A DNA stretch of 64,000 nucleotides from Octopus vulgaris (GCA_951406725.2 OX597839.1:2170001-2234000); one strand, 5' to 3'; positions 27,585 through 42,117 are shown, counted from the first letter of the stretch. Numbers and translations: made by a program. The notes: generated by a model not told the origin, from the letters alone.

Positions 27585-27694
27585 TATATATATATATATA
27601 TATATATCAAAAGGATGTGTTATATTATTCCACAGCCATACCAACAATATATATGTGTGTATATGTATATACTTGCATATACATATATATACAT

Positions 27695-27732
<38 letters not shown>

Positions 27733-28079
27733 ACGAATGTAAATACATAGACATATACACACTCGCCTATATGTTTGTGTGTGCCGATGTGACAGGATAA
27801 GCTTATTAGTGACTTCAAAGTTCCGCTGTCGTTGGCTTCGTTAAACTATAGTTTTATGTTTTCACACTATTCATATATATTTTTTGATTCATCATGTGGG
27901 TGGAAACTGGTGGTTACCGAAGTGTTTCGATGATTTTTTAAGTTTTATTTTATCGGAATGTAAATTACTCTCATTGAATGAACCTTTTACATTATTTGGT
28001 GAATCACCATTTAACCGAAAACATATTTGAAAAAAAGAAAACAAAAACAAACAAAATAGCAAGACAGAATTCCTAACAA

Positions 28080-28143
<64 letters not shown>

Positions 28144-28495
28144 CATCATCATCATCATTATTATTGTTGTTGTTGTTACTGTTGTTATTATTATTATTGT
28201 TGTTGTTATTGTTTTTATTGTTATTATTATTGTTATCTTTATTATTATTATTATTATTATTATTGTTGTTATTATTATTATCATTATTATTATTATTATT
28301 TTCACACCGTTTTACTTCTCAGAGCTCTCGATTTTACTTGCTCCGGTTAATTATGTGAGAGCAGACAGTAGAATGTCGTCAAAGGTCACACATGTCTCTT
28401 TCTACGATACTTAATACCCAAGTAACACTCATAAAATCTTTACTGTCCCCAATAGAGCTGTTTTGGGGGCATGATCTACTCCAGTACTCCGCTTG

Positions 28496-28655
28496 CAGTG
28501 TGCTTATATTCTTTTCAAACTTTTGCGGTACACCTGAACTAAAAATATAACTAAAAGTATAGGGGAAAAAAATTATATTCAGGTTACACTGCGGCACAAT
28601 TAGCATCGTCTCGTGGAACACCAGTGTGCCGCGACATACCGGTTGTGGAGCACTG
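28496..28655. mobile_element. Possible hAT-type MITE
   Basis: CAGTG...CACTG termini and gtgccgcg.cacc subterminal motifs; no TSD seen. Confidence 0.4.
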
Positions 28656-28699
28656 ATCACCCCCCCCCCCAATTCTTCTTCTTCTTCTTCTTCTTCTTC

Positions 28700-28730
<31 letters not shown>

Positions 28731-28869
28731 CATTATTATTATTATTATCTTTATTATTATTATTATTATTATTATCATTATTATTATCTTCATTATTATT
28801 ATTATTATCATCATTATTATTATTATTATCTTCATTATTATTATTATTATCATTATTATTATCTTTATT

Positions 28870-28948
<79 letters not shown>

Positions 28949-29319
28949 CCCCAAAATTTCGGGCTTTGTGCCTGGAATAGAAAAGATTATATATATCCGT
29001 GAGGGTACGTGGCGTAGCCTCGTGGTTCAGAGATCCGTCCACGATCGCGAGATCGTGGTTTCAATTTCCAGACCGGGCAATGCGTTGTGTTCCTGAGCGA
29101 AAGCATTTCATTCCACGTTGTTCTGGGATCACTTCGACTTCAGGTGTGTGACACACCACGCCCCTGTACAACGTGGATTTGATGGGCGGAGTGAGATTAT
29201 GTGAGATTATGTGCAGCACAGACCTTTGATCAGTATAGACAAAATCCTGTGTAGATTGTTCGGCAAGTAATTTCATAACCGTTTTTCTCGGATCGAGAGA
29301 CTTTTTTCAATGAAATACG

Positions 29320-30018
29320 TAGAGTAATTCCGTGATATACGGGTTAATTTGTTCCCGGAGACCTCTTGTAAAGCGAAAACTCGTAAAGCAGAGCAATAAT
29401 TTCCCATAGTAGCAATATTATAAATCGAATTCGTTCCCCAGAAAAATATTTTACCGATAAAATTTATAATACTCGTAAATAAATGGCAATAAGATAATAG
29501 TAGAAAGTAAAGAATATTTTATGTAAAGTAAAAAGAATGTCAGGATCCTTTATAATAAAAATATCATTATAATATTGTTGTTGTATTTAGGAATGGTCAT
29601 TTTGCCAGTTTAGCCAATAAACCATTCCTAAATACAACAACATCTGTTTCAACACACGATTTCACATCATGAATCTTGCAAAACAAATATATAAACGTAA
29701 TTATTATTATCGTTTTCTGAATCACTTTCACTCACACTAGACTCACGCACACTATCACTAGTAAACACGTTCGCCGATTCGCAAGCACTCGTAGACGGAC
29801 ATATAGGTTTCTTTTTATAAAACAAGTCTAGATTTGTCTGCTTAGAAGAAACTTCTTTCGCTCACTATAAATTTCTCAATAACACACAGAAGCATGGTAA
29901 CATGGTAACAGAAACTTTTGCACTTCGTTGAAAATTTGGATCTTGTGCTTGAAAAATAAAACTTGTAAACACGGAGTCTCGTAAATCGGGTCCTTGTAGT
30001 AAAGTGAGGTATTACTGT
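29320..30018. mobile_element. Degraded Tigger/pogo-like non-autonomous element
   Basis: Ends resemble CAGTAA..CCTC / GAGG..TTACTG + TA; ctcgtaaa repeats near both ends. Confidence 0.45.
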
Positions 30019-30164
30019 ATATCCATTGGGTAAATCAAGTTTTACATGTTATAAGTGCCGTGTAACTGAATAGAAAATGTCTCATTAGATGGTTAGAAAC
30101 TAAAGGGGCCAGGTCTCATCTTATTTACTGTATGATGGAGTGTGAGTCCAGCAGGATCAACATC

Positions 30165-30490
30165 CCAGACCGGGCGTTGTGTGTGTTTATTGAGTGAAAA
30201 CACCTTAAAGCTCCCCGGCAGGGTGGGGGTGGCGAACCCTGTTGTACTCTTTCGCCCCAACTTTCTCTCACTCTTTCTTCCTGTTTCTTGTCCCCGGCTT
30301 CCTACGCAAGCGCTGAACCTGGATGCGCATTTCATCCATCCGTCGATGCTCTCGGTGTCGGCGGTTGACCTGCTTTCTCTTCTGCGGGTCTTACGAATAG
30401 CAAAGGACCACGATTCGGACTTCTCCCACTGCGAGCTCTGGGACGAAGACCGCTTCGCTCAACAGCAACATCAACAGCAGGATCAACAAT
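30165..30490 (+). mobile_element. SINE-C body with a different, (CAA)-rich tail
   Basis: cccagaccgggcgttgtg...gaaaacacct...ctgttgtactctttc shared with the 18057 copy. Confidence 0.7.
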
Positions 30491-30643
30491 AATCAAATTC
30501 CATGAAAGGAGGAAAAGGGTCTTGCAATGAAGTGGACAACAAACGAAAGCCCTGTGTAACAAGATTTTTGTCCACGGGTAACAACTGTTATTTTCTATTT
30601 GTTTACCCAAGAAAGTACGAAAGATGGTTAATATTTCCTTCAA

Positions 30644-31935
30644 ATTTTGCTTTTGTTACATTTATTCAAATCCCTTTCGACACATGGCTATGATGCTCCT
30701 CCACTGCTTATGAATAGAGATGCACATATTGTCAGCCACTAAAAGACATGCTGAAGTGGTTAAGGTCAAGTAACTGATAAGCAAATCTGTGGTATTGAGC
30801 AGAATATTTGTGATAAAGATATTTCTGTTTCAGCAACTCAAAGCTGAACCTGTCTGAAACGTAGTGAAAAATAGGTCAGTTTGAAAACATTGACGTACAG
30901 TTCATAGAAGCAAAGTTTGAAGGAAATAATAGTTATTTTCTTTGATTTATAGATAAAAGCAAATAGGAAATAACACTTACTGATCAAAGAGAATATACAT
31001 AAATAAATAGAAGTTTGTCACATTGTAATCGGAGAAGAGATATAAATCACGAAGTTATACAGGGTGTCCTCAAATCCTTTAGACAATTTCAAAAAGTCAT
31101 TACGAAAAACTTAGAGGAAGTGGCAACCAAATTTTTGCTGCATATCCATGTTTTTATATATTAGTAGTTTTATTAATATTATGTGTTTCAGACCACAATT
31201 AATGTAATTTTAATAAAATTTCCTATTTCTCTGATGACTTTGTGGTTACCCTGTATATTAAATGTTAGCCAGTGTGGTGTCCATATATTGGTTGCTGCTT
31301 CTCACTACGTTCCAGCCTTCTTCAGATGTCTTGTAAATTCCACCTTATTGCCTTACCTGGGACTGAACTCAGATCTTCTAGGCGACTGCAGCGCATTAAC
31401 TAGCGCCTTAATCCATTACACTATGCTCGAAGGCAGCGTCAGGAAAGAATTTTGAAGGATTATAAAGCTCCAGCCTTCTGGAGCGTTCACAGCCGAAACG
31501 TAGTGAAAAGCAACGACCAAGATGAGGAAGTCACTCCAATTAATACTTAACACAACAATTCAAACTTCTATTTATTTATGTATATTCTCTTTGATCAGTA
31601 AGTGTTATTTACTATTTGCTTTTATCTATAAATCAAAGAAAATAACTATTATTTCCTTCAAACTTTGCTTCTGTGACCTGGACGTCAATGTTTTCAAACT
31701 GACCTATTTTTCACTACGTTTCAGACAGATTCAGGTCTGAGTTGCTGAAACAGAAATATCTTTATCACAAATATTCTGCTCAATACCACAGATTTGCTTA
31801 TCAGTTACTTGACCTTAACCACTTCAGCATGTCCCTTAGTGGCTGACAATATGTGCATCTCTATTCATAAGCAGTGGAGGAGCATTTATAGCCATGTGTC
31901 GAAAGGGATTTGAATAAATGTAACAAAAGCAAAAT
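30644..31935. repeat. Long inverted repeat, ~375-bp arms (30644-31017 / 31561-31935)
   Basis: Arms are reverse complements with only scattered mismatches. Confidence 0.92.
31060..31253. mobile_element. Tc1/mariner-type MITE
   Basis: TA|cagggtgtcc ... ggttaccctg|TA. Confidence 0.6.
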
Positions 31936-32501
31936 CAGAAATACGAAATCGTACCAAGTTATATGCCCATGGTGATGGGGGTACGTCGATGGTGATGGGG
32001 GTACAACGGAGGACAGAAAGGAGAAATGGCATCACTGTTTATGGAAATGCGCATTTAGGTTTAATTATGGTTGACTCTGTAGAGTGCTGATCTGTTTTAT
32101 TACCGATCATATATTACTGGGTGGGGGTACACGTGGATATGAACATGGAAGTGTATGTGGGTTAATATATAAATGCATATATAATCAAATAGGGTAATAA
32201 AATAAATTATTATTACCAGTGGCCTAGCACAAAAGACGAATTAGTCATTAGACTATATATATATATTTTTCGTATAGAAATATAATAAAAGGCTTCCAAA
32301 TACGGAAGCGTAGTGCTAGAAACACTAAAAAGGGATAAATTCATGAAAGGAACGAAAATTAAAAACATTTACCATCTCAGCTAAATCCCAGACCGAACCG
32401 TTTCTACCTGTTTTTAGCAAACACACAGAATATATTTGCCAGGCCAGGTTCCATAAATGCATATATAGATACGAGATATGTAAGGTATACAGACAGGCAG
32501 A

Positions 32502-32576
<75 letters not shown>

Positions 32577-34095
32577 TGAATGGACAAACGAAAGAAAGTG
32601 GAACTCAACACATTTGATGGGAGTTACAGATATAATTTAATAACAATTTAATGCGGCTCCAAGCAACTTTTAAGGGTTCGTAGCCAAAATGTTATTAAAT
32701 TTCCAATGCATATACACGTTCTCTCTCTCTCACACACACACACACACATACATAATATATATAGGTAGATAAATAGATTCAGAGAGCGAGAAAGAGATGA
32801 GAGACAGGAAAAGATAAGGGAGAGAGAGAGGGGGGCGAAGAAGGGAGAGAGAGAAGGAGAAGAGAGAGATGGAGAGAGAGATGAAAGGTCAACGTTATAG
32901 TGTTTGATGACTATCAACTTTTAAATGTTAGCAAAGCCAGTGCTTCAACCGCAGCACGAGCAGCTAACAACGCAGAAAGTAGTGGAGAGCAACGAAGAGA
33001 AAGAAGACGTAGAGTTCGTGAAGAGAGGGAGAGGGCTTCAATCATGTTATCATTGTATCTTCCGAATTGGCAACCCATCGATCACTTCTGTGATCCATCA
33101 GTATAAACAGTTCAATCTATTCTTTATTCTTTCCATCTCCCTCCTTATCTCTTTCTCTTTTACCCCCTATATCCCCCTATATTCCCCCACTTTCTCTCAC
33201 ATATCTCCAAACAATATTTCCCCTCTTGGTCTCTCTTTTTCCATCCTCCCAGCCTCCATCTTTTCCCACCATCTCTTTTAATATAGGTCACATCTGTAAT
33301 TTATCCATTTATTTAACTTTTCACGCAATCATAACGATCTATATTTACTGCTTAGCAAAATACACCGATACACACATATACGGACCCTATCTTCCTATCT
33401 TCTTCTCACAGTAAACAGAAAAGTTGGTTAAACAATCCTTTTCAATAGAATTTTTGTTATTTCTCTGGCACCAAAGGTTTCTCGCTAACAGTTATCAGTA
33501 TTTTTTCAAACAGAATTCTAAACATCACTGGCACTACGCCTTATATATACATATGCTGGATGGCCTTGAATTTTATACATAGCAGTTATCAAATTTTATG
33601 TTTAGAGTCACGCAGGAATCTCAAAGTTTTTGACGTAACACTTTCTCCTCTTTTCCTTTCTCTCAAAAAAACCAGAATCTTCAGTTTAATCCATTCTCAT
33701 AATTTATATATATATTTTTAAAGGATTATTTATTAATATACTGCATTATTGTTATTATTCAGTCCAATAAAACGAGGGTGTATGTATGTATATATTTATG
33801 CATGTATGTGTGTGTGTGTGCATGTGCGTGTATGTGTGTGTATGCATACTACGATAAAGAAATCTACTTATTAATTAGTTAAAGTAAAAGAGTAAAATGG
33901 TAAAGGTGACGTTTATTAAAAGAAAGCAATTAAAGTCTACAATGCCTAGAAAATTCTGAAAAATATCAATTTTAATTTCACAGCACGATAGCATTTTATT
34001 ACCACTTCAAGACCGAATTTTATAACGTTTTACATGTTTCCGTCTTTACCTTTCCTCTCTTTGCTATACATGCGCGCTCGCACACAAAACACACA

Positions 34096-34180
<85 letters not shown>

Positions 34181-34183
<3 letters not shown>

Positions 34184-34335
34184 CAATAATAAATCTCTAA
34201 GCGAGGTATAAACAGTAGCTGCACGACGTGAAGTACATTTGCCACTTAAATGTGGCTGACCCCTAAGGCTGGATAAGCTACAGTAGCATCCACCCTTAGG
34301 GGTTAGCCACATTTAAGTGGCAAATGTACCTCACG
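34181..34335 (-). mobile_element. Second copy of the fold-back element
   Basis: Inverted repeat 34227-34335 and tail homologous to 14341-14455. Confidence 0.65.
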
Positions 34336-34338
34336 ATA

Positions 34339-34388
<50 letters not shown>

Positions 34389-34459
34389 TATAATATATAT
34401 ATATACACACTCATATGTATATGTGTATATTGTGAAGCATGGCTGTTACCACTACTACA

Positions 34460-34504
34460 TGAACCTGAAGATTGCATAATTTAATGCATGAAAGTACTAG
34501 TTCA
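34460..34504 (+). ncRNA. Minimal type I hammerhead ribozyme motif
   Basis: tgaac-CTGAAGA-t-tgcat(aattta)atgca-t-GAAA-gtac-TA-gttca. Confidence 0.6.
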
Positions 34505-34699
34505 ATCAGAATGAACATTTAACATTCTACTATTTTATTTTATTCTATTATATTGTATTATCTTATATTATATCATTATAAGATTGTAAATAAAACGTGA
34601 AAATCAGACAAGGTTGGAATTCCTTTTATTAATATATTCTTCTATACACAATCACACACACCCGTATATATATATATATACATACATATATACAAGCAT

Positions 34700-34732
<33 letters not shown>

Positions 34733-34743
34733 CATATATATGT

Positions 34744-34804
<61 letters not shown>

Positions 34805-35029
34805 ACAGAGTCACAAAACGAGATGTTAATATTTAAGCCATGTCCAAGCCTGATTAGATTCACTCTGAAGAAAACCAAACAATAGCCAAGTAAGCGATCT
34901 ACAAACACTTTGCTCTTTACAAGAATGAAGGGCAACTCAGAATAACGAGACTAAGATATTAGAAATTTACAATTGAGCATAACATATGTGCGTTCCCATC
35001 ATTAGCTGTCCAAACAATTATCACTATGG

Positions 35030-35090
<61 letters not shown>

Positions 35091-35119
35091 GTGCCTGTAT
35101 ATATGCAGCATTCCTGTTT

Positions 35120-35400
35120 CTCTCTGGGAAAACAAAAGCATAGGACCTGGTGCCAGACCTGCTTCTCCTCAGTTCAAAGGGTTGAGCAAAGTCAACTCTA
35201 ACAACGGGACCAACTTCATGCAAGCAAAAGGGAAACCAAAACTCTCATTCTGTGGTTTTGTAACACGAAGCAAAGCAGGCTTCGCCGTTCACTCAAGAAA
35301 ACACGTACTAAATGATCAACAAACACTCAAGAAAACTGAGTCCTCAACTTGTTCTATTTGCCAAAAGGTTTGCAAGGCACCGGCAGGCCTCAAGAGACAC
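35120..35400 (+). mobile_element. Probable RTE-like C-terminal relic with C2H2-like fingers
   Basis: CGFVTRSKAGFAVHSRKH and CSICQKVCKAPAGLKRH; truncated by a SINE-A. Confidence 0.4.
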
Positions 35401-35534
35401 AATCCCATGGTCCCGGAATCAATCCCACCGCATGGCACCTTGGGCAAGTGTCTTCTACTATAGCCTCGGGCCGACTATAGCCTTGTGAGTGGATTTGGTA
35501 GACGAAAACTGAAAGAAGTCCGTTGTATATATAC

Positions 35535-35597
<63 letters not shown>

Positions 35598-35729
35598 TAT
35601 ATTATATTAAATTAGAGATAAAATTAGGTTTTATCTCTAATTTAATATAATATAATATTTTACTATAAAATTGGATTCAATCCTAAATCTGATTTTTCCC
35701 TGTAAGTTTGGATTTATTCCCTAATATTT

Positions 35730-35793
<64 letters not shown>

Positions 35794-35975
35794 GTAGGTG
35801 CCTTTGTGTCTGTGTTTCTCCCCCACCCATCACCGCTGGGCAACTGCCGTTGGTGTGTTTACATCCCCATAACTTGGCTGTTCGGTAAAAGAAACCGATA
35901 GAAGTACTAGGCTTAACCAAAATAAGTTCTCGGGTCGATTTCTTCGACTAAAAACCCTTCAAGATGGTGTTCCAA
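35401..35975 (+). mobile_element. SINE-A with an insertion in its internal microsatellite
   Basis: 5' and 3' halves separated by (TA)n and an AT-rich hairpin fragment. Confidence 0.8.
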
Positions 35976-36023
35976 TATATATATATATGCACTTAGATAC
36001 ACGCACACATTTATATGCCTATT

Positions 36024-36790
36024 CTAGCGAACGCATCCGTTCTTTGAATGGTGTATTTTATTATAATGGCGCACTCCTTTGGACGGTTTAAGTTGAATTA
36101 GCTCGCAGTTTGAAGTCGTTTCAAGTCGATAAACGTAAAGTGTATAATTACCAATTTCGCTAGCAGTTTATTATATGGTATTAAGCAACCTAGATAATGA
36201 ATAAAGTTTTCTGAACACAAATTTGGCAGTTAGAAATAAATGAAAGTCCATGAAATGAGATCGCAATTTCAGTAGACATTAGAGATCCTATATCTCACCT
36301 GAAGCATTTTATTCGTAATGCCTGACATAACCGCATTGAAGCTTTTTTCTGTATGAAAGTCATGTATGATAAACGAAAGTGAACATTTATAGCAAACACA
36401 CAAATAGAATAATGGCATATACAAAAATAAATGTCAGAGCGTGCGTAAAGTAGGAAGGGTCATTGAAGGGAATGTACTGTTAACAGCAATCAAAGAAATG
36501 AAACAAAATATCAATGCTTGTAGGAAGTCTGCTATGCTAACGGCTACAGTTTGGCGCAGACGTGAAGATTGCAGTAGATGAGTAACTACTGTAGGGCTGC
36601 TTAGTAGACGACATTTTTTTGTTTTTCTTTCAGGAGCATAGATGAATAAGTTGTCAGGACGGTCAACTCTGGAGCAACCAGCATAGAACTGTCCATGTGA
36701 AAAGTATGACGCTCAAAGGTCCAATCCGACAATTTTCAGCGATTGACCAAGTTGAATGCCTGAATGATGTTTGTCGCAATGGCCTTAGGA
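36024..36790 (-). mobile_element. Helitron 3' relic (PIF1-like helicase C-terminus)
   Basis: GQSLKIVGLDL*ASYFSHGQFYAGCSRV...NLFIYAPE...KNVVY; terminal hairpin ccattcaaagaacgg followed by CTAG at 36024-36027. Confidence 0.8.
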
Positions 36791-36820
36791 AGGGTTGAGA
36801 CGTTCTGTATATGTATAGTA

Positions 36821-37044
36821 CTCTTTTACTCTTTTACTTGTTTCAGTCATTTGACTGCGGCCATGCTGGAGCACCGCCTTTAGTCGAGCAAATCGACCCC
36901 GGGACTTATTCTTTGTAAGCCTAGTACTTATTCTATCAGTCTCTTTCGCCGAACCGCTAAGTTACAGGAACATGAACACACCAGTATCGGTTGTCAAGCG
37001 ATTTTTTTTGTGGGGGACAAACACAGACACACAAACACACACAC

Positions 37045-37105
<61 letters not shown>

Positions 37106-37271
37106 CGACGACAGGCTTCTTTCAGTTTCCGTCTACCAAATCCACTCACAGTGCTTTGGTCGGCCCGAGGCTATAGTAGAAGACACTTGCCTAAAGTGCC
37201 ACGCAGTGGGACTGAACCCGGAACAATGTCGTTGGTAAGCAAGCTACTTACCACTCAGCCACTCCTGCGCC
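36821..37271 (-). mobile_element. SINE-A
   Basis: Full-length match to family. Confidence 0.9.
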
Positions 37272-37289
37272 TATATTTATATATGTGAT

Positions 37290-37897
37290 GAAAGGCAATG
37301 CCAGATTACCAAATGCTGATGGATCACTGCATTGAATTTGTCCATCTGGTCACAGCACACATTCGAATTGATGGTCCTTGCTGTGGCAAGGACCTCGTAA
37401 AAGGCGACACCCTTCCAATCCCATCAAATTGAAAGAATATCCTTCTTCCGGTTACGTCCTAAGTTTTTGGTGGTTTGCCGGGCTTCCACCATGTTCGTTT
37501 GCACTTCGTATCCCGCACCCATTACAATTCTCTTAAAAAAAAAAAAGAAAAGAATAGTTTGTTTCATGTTTCTGCAAAGAATCGCAGATGGAAATCCGTT
37601 GGGTGACGTTAGCCTCATTCAATTGATGTGCAGCCCAAACATGGAGTCTGTTGATGTAGATGCAGATGCTTCTCAACATACGATTTGAATATTTGGAAAA
37701 TATCTCCAATTAGCCTGGTCGTGATGGGGGGGGGGTCGACTCATTCCATTTTGTCGCTGTTAATCTCAGTCAACCGGCCAGAGCGAGGTGCAGATTGAAC
37801 CGAAAAATTTCCCGATCGAAATATTGAACACCGCTCCTGGTACATATGTTCCGCAATAACATCCTCTCTTTTCACAGCGCATATCTTCTTGCTTTTT

Positions 37898-37938
<41 letters not shown>

Positions 37939-38260
37939 GGGAAGGTTTACGAAAATAAACAAAAGACGAAGGCAGGTGGAGTACAAACAAACAATGTATT
38001 AGTATGGCGCTCAGGAATAGAAATAAAACAAGTCTTTTACGTTTCGAGCCTACGCTCTTCGACAGAAAGATAAACAGAAAAGAAACAAGGAGAGAAAAAA
38101 ATTGCGTGTAGGGGCTGACGATTCAACATGGCATATATATATACATAAAGCACGAGGTATCGATAATGTCCGTTTTGGTTCTTCATTTTCAGGGTGATTC
38201 GAAGCAGAAATGTTATAACCTGTCTGGTCGCAAGTTCGCACCGAGCAACGTTGAAGTGTC
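37290..38260 (-). mobile_element. Degraded mariner transposase, interrupted by a family P element
   Basis: MKNQNGHYRYLVLY (ATG 38186), FRSGNFSVQSAPRSGR, KRIVMG, KKDILSI*WDWKGV. Confidence 0.8.
37937..38132 (-). mobile_element. Family P Penelope-like repeat
   Basis: Reverse-complement homologue of 7365-7571; (TA)n flanks. Confidence 0.65.
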
Positions 38261-38349
38261 AAGTACCTAACAAGTTCATATGAGCAAGGGACAGACTGAA
38301 GTTAGCTACTAAATAGTGCTTGAAGTTTAGTGTCGACAAAAATCCAAGG

Positions 38350-39071
38350 GACTTTTTGGCTACCCAATATACATCGGTCACGGATGGTAATGGGATTGCA
38401 CCTACAATGTTTCCCTCCAAGGTACAAGACCATTCAATGTTGTTTTATGGAAGACCAGTAGTCACCCATGCACACCAGCCTCCCCTCACTACACCACTGA
38501 TGATATCCAAGGGGAAGGCAAAGGGGCCGATACAGCTTCACACCCGTGACGTCGCAACTCATTTCTACAGCTGAGTGAACTAGATCAACGTGAAATAAAG
38601 TGTCTTGCTCAAGAACATAAACGCAGTCTGGTCCAGGAATCGAACTCACAACCTCATGGTTGTAAACTCGACACTCTAACTACATGCTTTCCAACTACAT
38701 GGTTCCGAGTTCAGTCCACTGTATGGTACATTGGGCAAATGTCTTCTACTATAGCCTTGAGTTGACCAAAGCCTTGTGAGTGGATTTGGTTGACCGAAAC
38801 TGAAAGAAGCCCGTCGTATACTTATATGTATGTATATATTCATGTGTGAGTGTGTGTGTGTGTGTGTGTCTGTCTGTCTGTGTTTGTTCCTCCGACATTG
38901 CTTGACAGCCGATGTTGGAGTGCTTATATCCCCATAGTTTAGCGGTTCGGCAAAAGGCACCGATAGAATAAGCACTAGGCTTAAAAAAGAATAAGTCTTG
39001 GGGTCGATTTGTTCGCCTAAAGGCGGTGCTCCATCATGGCCGCAATCAAATGACTGAAACAAGTAAAAGAA

Positions 39072-39075
<4 letters not shown>
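38350..39075. mobile_element. SINE-D-like copy (minus, to ~38680) followed by SINE-A (plus)
   Basis: Family motifs. Confidence 0.7.
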
Positions 39076-39120
<45 letters not shown>

Positions 39121-39679
39121 GCAAGCAACACTTTCAATTTGAGCTGCTTTTTAAGGCACCTCAAAATTTGAAAATCCTCTGATTTTCAGCTGAACTTTAC
39201 ACAATCGATCTGCTTACTGAGAATTTGAGGATCGTTATTAGACGGGAATTAATCGCCAATGCATCTTCCTACTCACTAAAATCCTTCGTTCTTATTAAGA
39301 AAAAATAATAATTGATTGTTCTAAATTCCATAAATGGGAATATTTGCGTTACCATTTTCTTTTCTCGTACTCTCCTTTTTCTTTTCTCTTTTCGTTTTCT
39401 TTCCTATTGATGGCGATGAAGTAATGTGTCAGAACCTGTTGGCTTCGAGCCAACGAGCGAAGTTTTATGCGGATATTTCTACGTACTACAAATAGCAGCC
39501 AAATAGGCGAAGACATTGTTGTATGGTTAAGAAGGTCGCCTTTGCTACCATGCGTTTTCAGGTTCAGTCCCACTGTACAGCACACCTTGGATAAGTGTCT
39601 TCTGCAATAGTTCTGAGTGCCGACCAAGAAAGACATTCAGAGTAGGATTCTCTGACCTCAAAGCACTTACAGTAGCGCT

Positions 39680-40280
39680 CCAGCCCCTTGGTAGTTCTCG
39701 AAAATGAAGGCCTCCATGGCCCTTGTCACATCCTCCTTCATCTCCTTCAGGTTGGGAAACAACCAAAAGTCGCAGAGTGCAAGGTCTGTGTTGTAGAGGG
39801 AGTGAGAGAAGAGCTTTGATGCCCATCTCTGTCATGTCGATGGTTAGCAGGATGAAATCTGGACCGATGCATTGCCCTGGTGCAGGTGCTCTGACCTATT
39901 GCGACGAAATCTCTTCCTGAACTCCCTCAAAACCTCCACAAAATACTCAGTTGAACGTCTGGCAAGAGGGAGCCCAGTGGACCAAGATGATGCCCTTGCC
40001 TTTTGAAAAAGGGGATCATGATGAGCTTTCCGGTAGACTTGCTGTGCCTTTCCGCTTGTGCTTACGAAAAACAGATGCTTGACTCATACAATTTAATCAA
40101 TAAGCAGTCTGAAGCATTTCATAAGTTACTGTAGCGTTTTTGCCCACTTTAGCACAAAACTTTATTGCATGGTGAGCTTTGAAATCCTCTTCACGTCCTG
40201 ACTGCATACTGCAAACTTGTCAGCTGTGACAAACAGTGTTCAGTAGAATGTGTTCGAAGTGTTATTACAATTTGTAATAA
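39680..40280 (-). mobile_element. Internally deleted mariner relic
   Basis: AIKFCAKVGKNATVTYEML N-terminus and YNTDLAPCDFWLFPNLK (YSPDLAP-type motif). Confidence 0.8.
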
Positions 40281-40317
40281 CAAAAGCTGGCAGGTGAACT
40301 TATTAGCTGTATGTTGT

Positions 40318-40620
40318 TGTTTGTTCCTTCTCGAGCCATGCCTGGCTCATAAGGGCCGGTTTTCCGGTTTCATTGGCGTATAGGTTCCCCACCTGGACGG
40401 GACGTCAGTCCGTCGCATTTGAGCTGCTAGATGCAGGAGGAAAGAGTGAGAGAAAGTTGTAGCAAAAGAGTCAACAGAGGTTCGCCAATACTTTCTGCTG
40501 GAGCCGCGTGGAACTTACGTGTTTCGCTCATAAACATACACACAACCTGGTCTGAAATTCGAACGTGCGATTCCACGACCGCGTGTCCGCTGCTCTAACC
40601 ACTAGGCCATGTGCCTCCAC
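40318..40620 (-). mobile_element. SINE-C head/body with a SINE-D-type 3' end
   Basis: gcgacggactgacgtcccgtccagg...gaaaccggaaaaccggccc as in 63240-63310. Confidence 0.75.
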
Positions 40621-40980
40621 TATTAACTATATAGTGATGATATACTAAAATTACAATAATCTAGAATAATTATAACTGCTTCTCGTAAAAAAGCCTCAAA
40701 CCTTCTGGAACGTACTTCGCACCAATGTTACAGGGTGCTGCTGTCTGAACGTAAGGGACCGTTATTGATTCTGTGATCTAGGCCACTGGATGCACTTACA
40801 GTTCGGTCAATCTAAGATCCTTGACTGGAGTGGTACTTTGTCTATAGACCCTCGAAAGGGCAAAAGGCTGGAGGTTTTTTTTGGGTGGGATTCGCACTCA
40901 GGGTGCAGAAAATGGATCAAATATTGCAAAGTATTTAATTTCGACTCGTGAACGGTTCTACCAATTTGTCAACTCATCCT

Positions 40981-41029
<49 letters not shown>

Positions 41030-41102
41030 AATATATGTTTAGAGACATGCTGATAGAGACATACATATATACATACATATATATATATACATACATATAT
41101 AC

Positions 41103-41138
<36 letters not shown>

Positions 41139-41823
41139 CGTTTGGATATCGTTAAAACAGGCGGAAGTCATTGCATCGTTGCACCGAGTGAAATATTTGT
41201 GTGCAACATGTGTGCTTGTTAATCAACATGTGCAGTGTTCATTTACATTGCATGTACTGTGTGTTTAGTGTCTGTACAGAGAGTGTATAGTGCATATAAT
41301 TTAGTGTATAGGTAATATTTGTGTTCAATATGTAAGTTAATTTATGTGTGTGTATATGATATATATATATATAGGCGCAGGAGTGGCTGTGTGATAAGTA
41401 GCTTGTTTACCAACCACATAGTTCCGGGTTCAATCCCACTGCGTGGCACCTTGGGCAAGTGTCTTCTACTATAGCCTCGGGCCGACCAAAGCCTTGTGAG
41501 TGGATTTGGTAGACGGAAACTGAAAGAAGCCCGTCGTATATATGTATATATATATATATATGCGTGTGTGTGTTTGTGTGTCTGTGTTTGTCCCCCTAGC
41601 ATTGCTTGACAACCGATGCTGGTGTGTTTATGTTCCCGCCACTTAGCGGTTCGGCAAAAGAGACCGATAGAATAAGTACTGGGCTTACAAAGAATAAGTC
41701 CCGGGGTCGAGTTGCTCGATTAAAAAGGCGGTGCTCCAGCATGGCCGCAGTCAAATGACTGAAACAAGTAAAAGAGAAAAGAGTAAAAGAGAATATATGT
41801 GTGTGTGTGTGTGTGTGTGTGTC

Positions 41824-41861
<38 letters not shown>

Positions 41862-42067
41862 TCTTTTACTTGTTTCAGTCGTGTGACTGTGGCCATGCTG
41901 GAGCACCGCCTTCAGTCGATCAAATCGACCCCAGTATATGTTCTTTGTAAGCCTAATACTTATTTTATCGCTCTCTTTTTGCCGAACCGCTAAGTCACGG
42001 GGACGTATACACCAGCATCGGTTGTCAAGCGATGTTGGGGGGGAGGGGGGCAAACACAGACACATAT

Positions 42068-42117
<50 letters not shown>

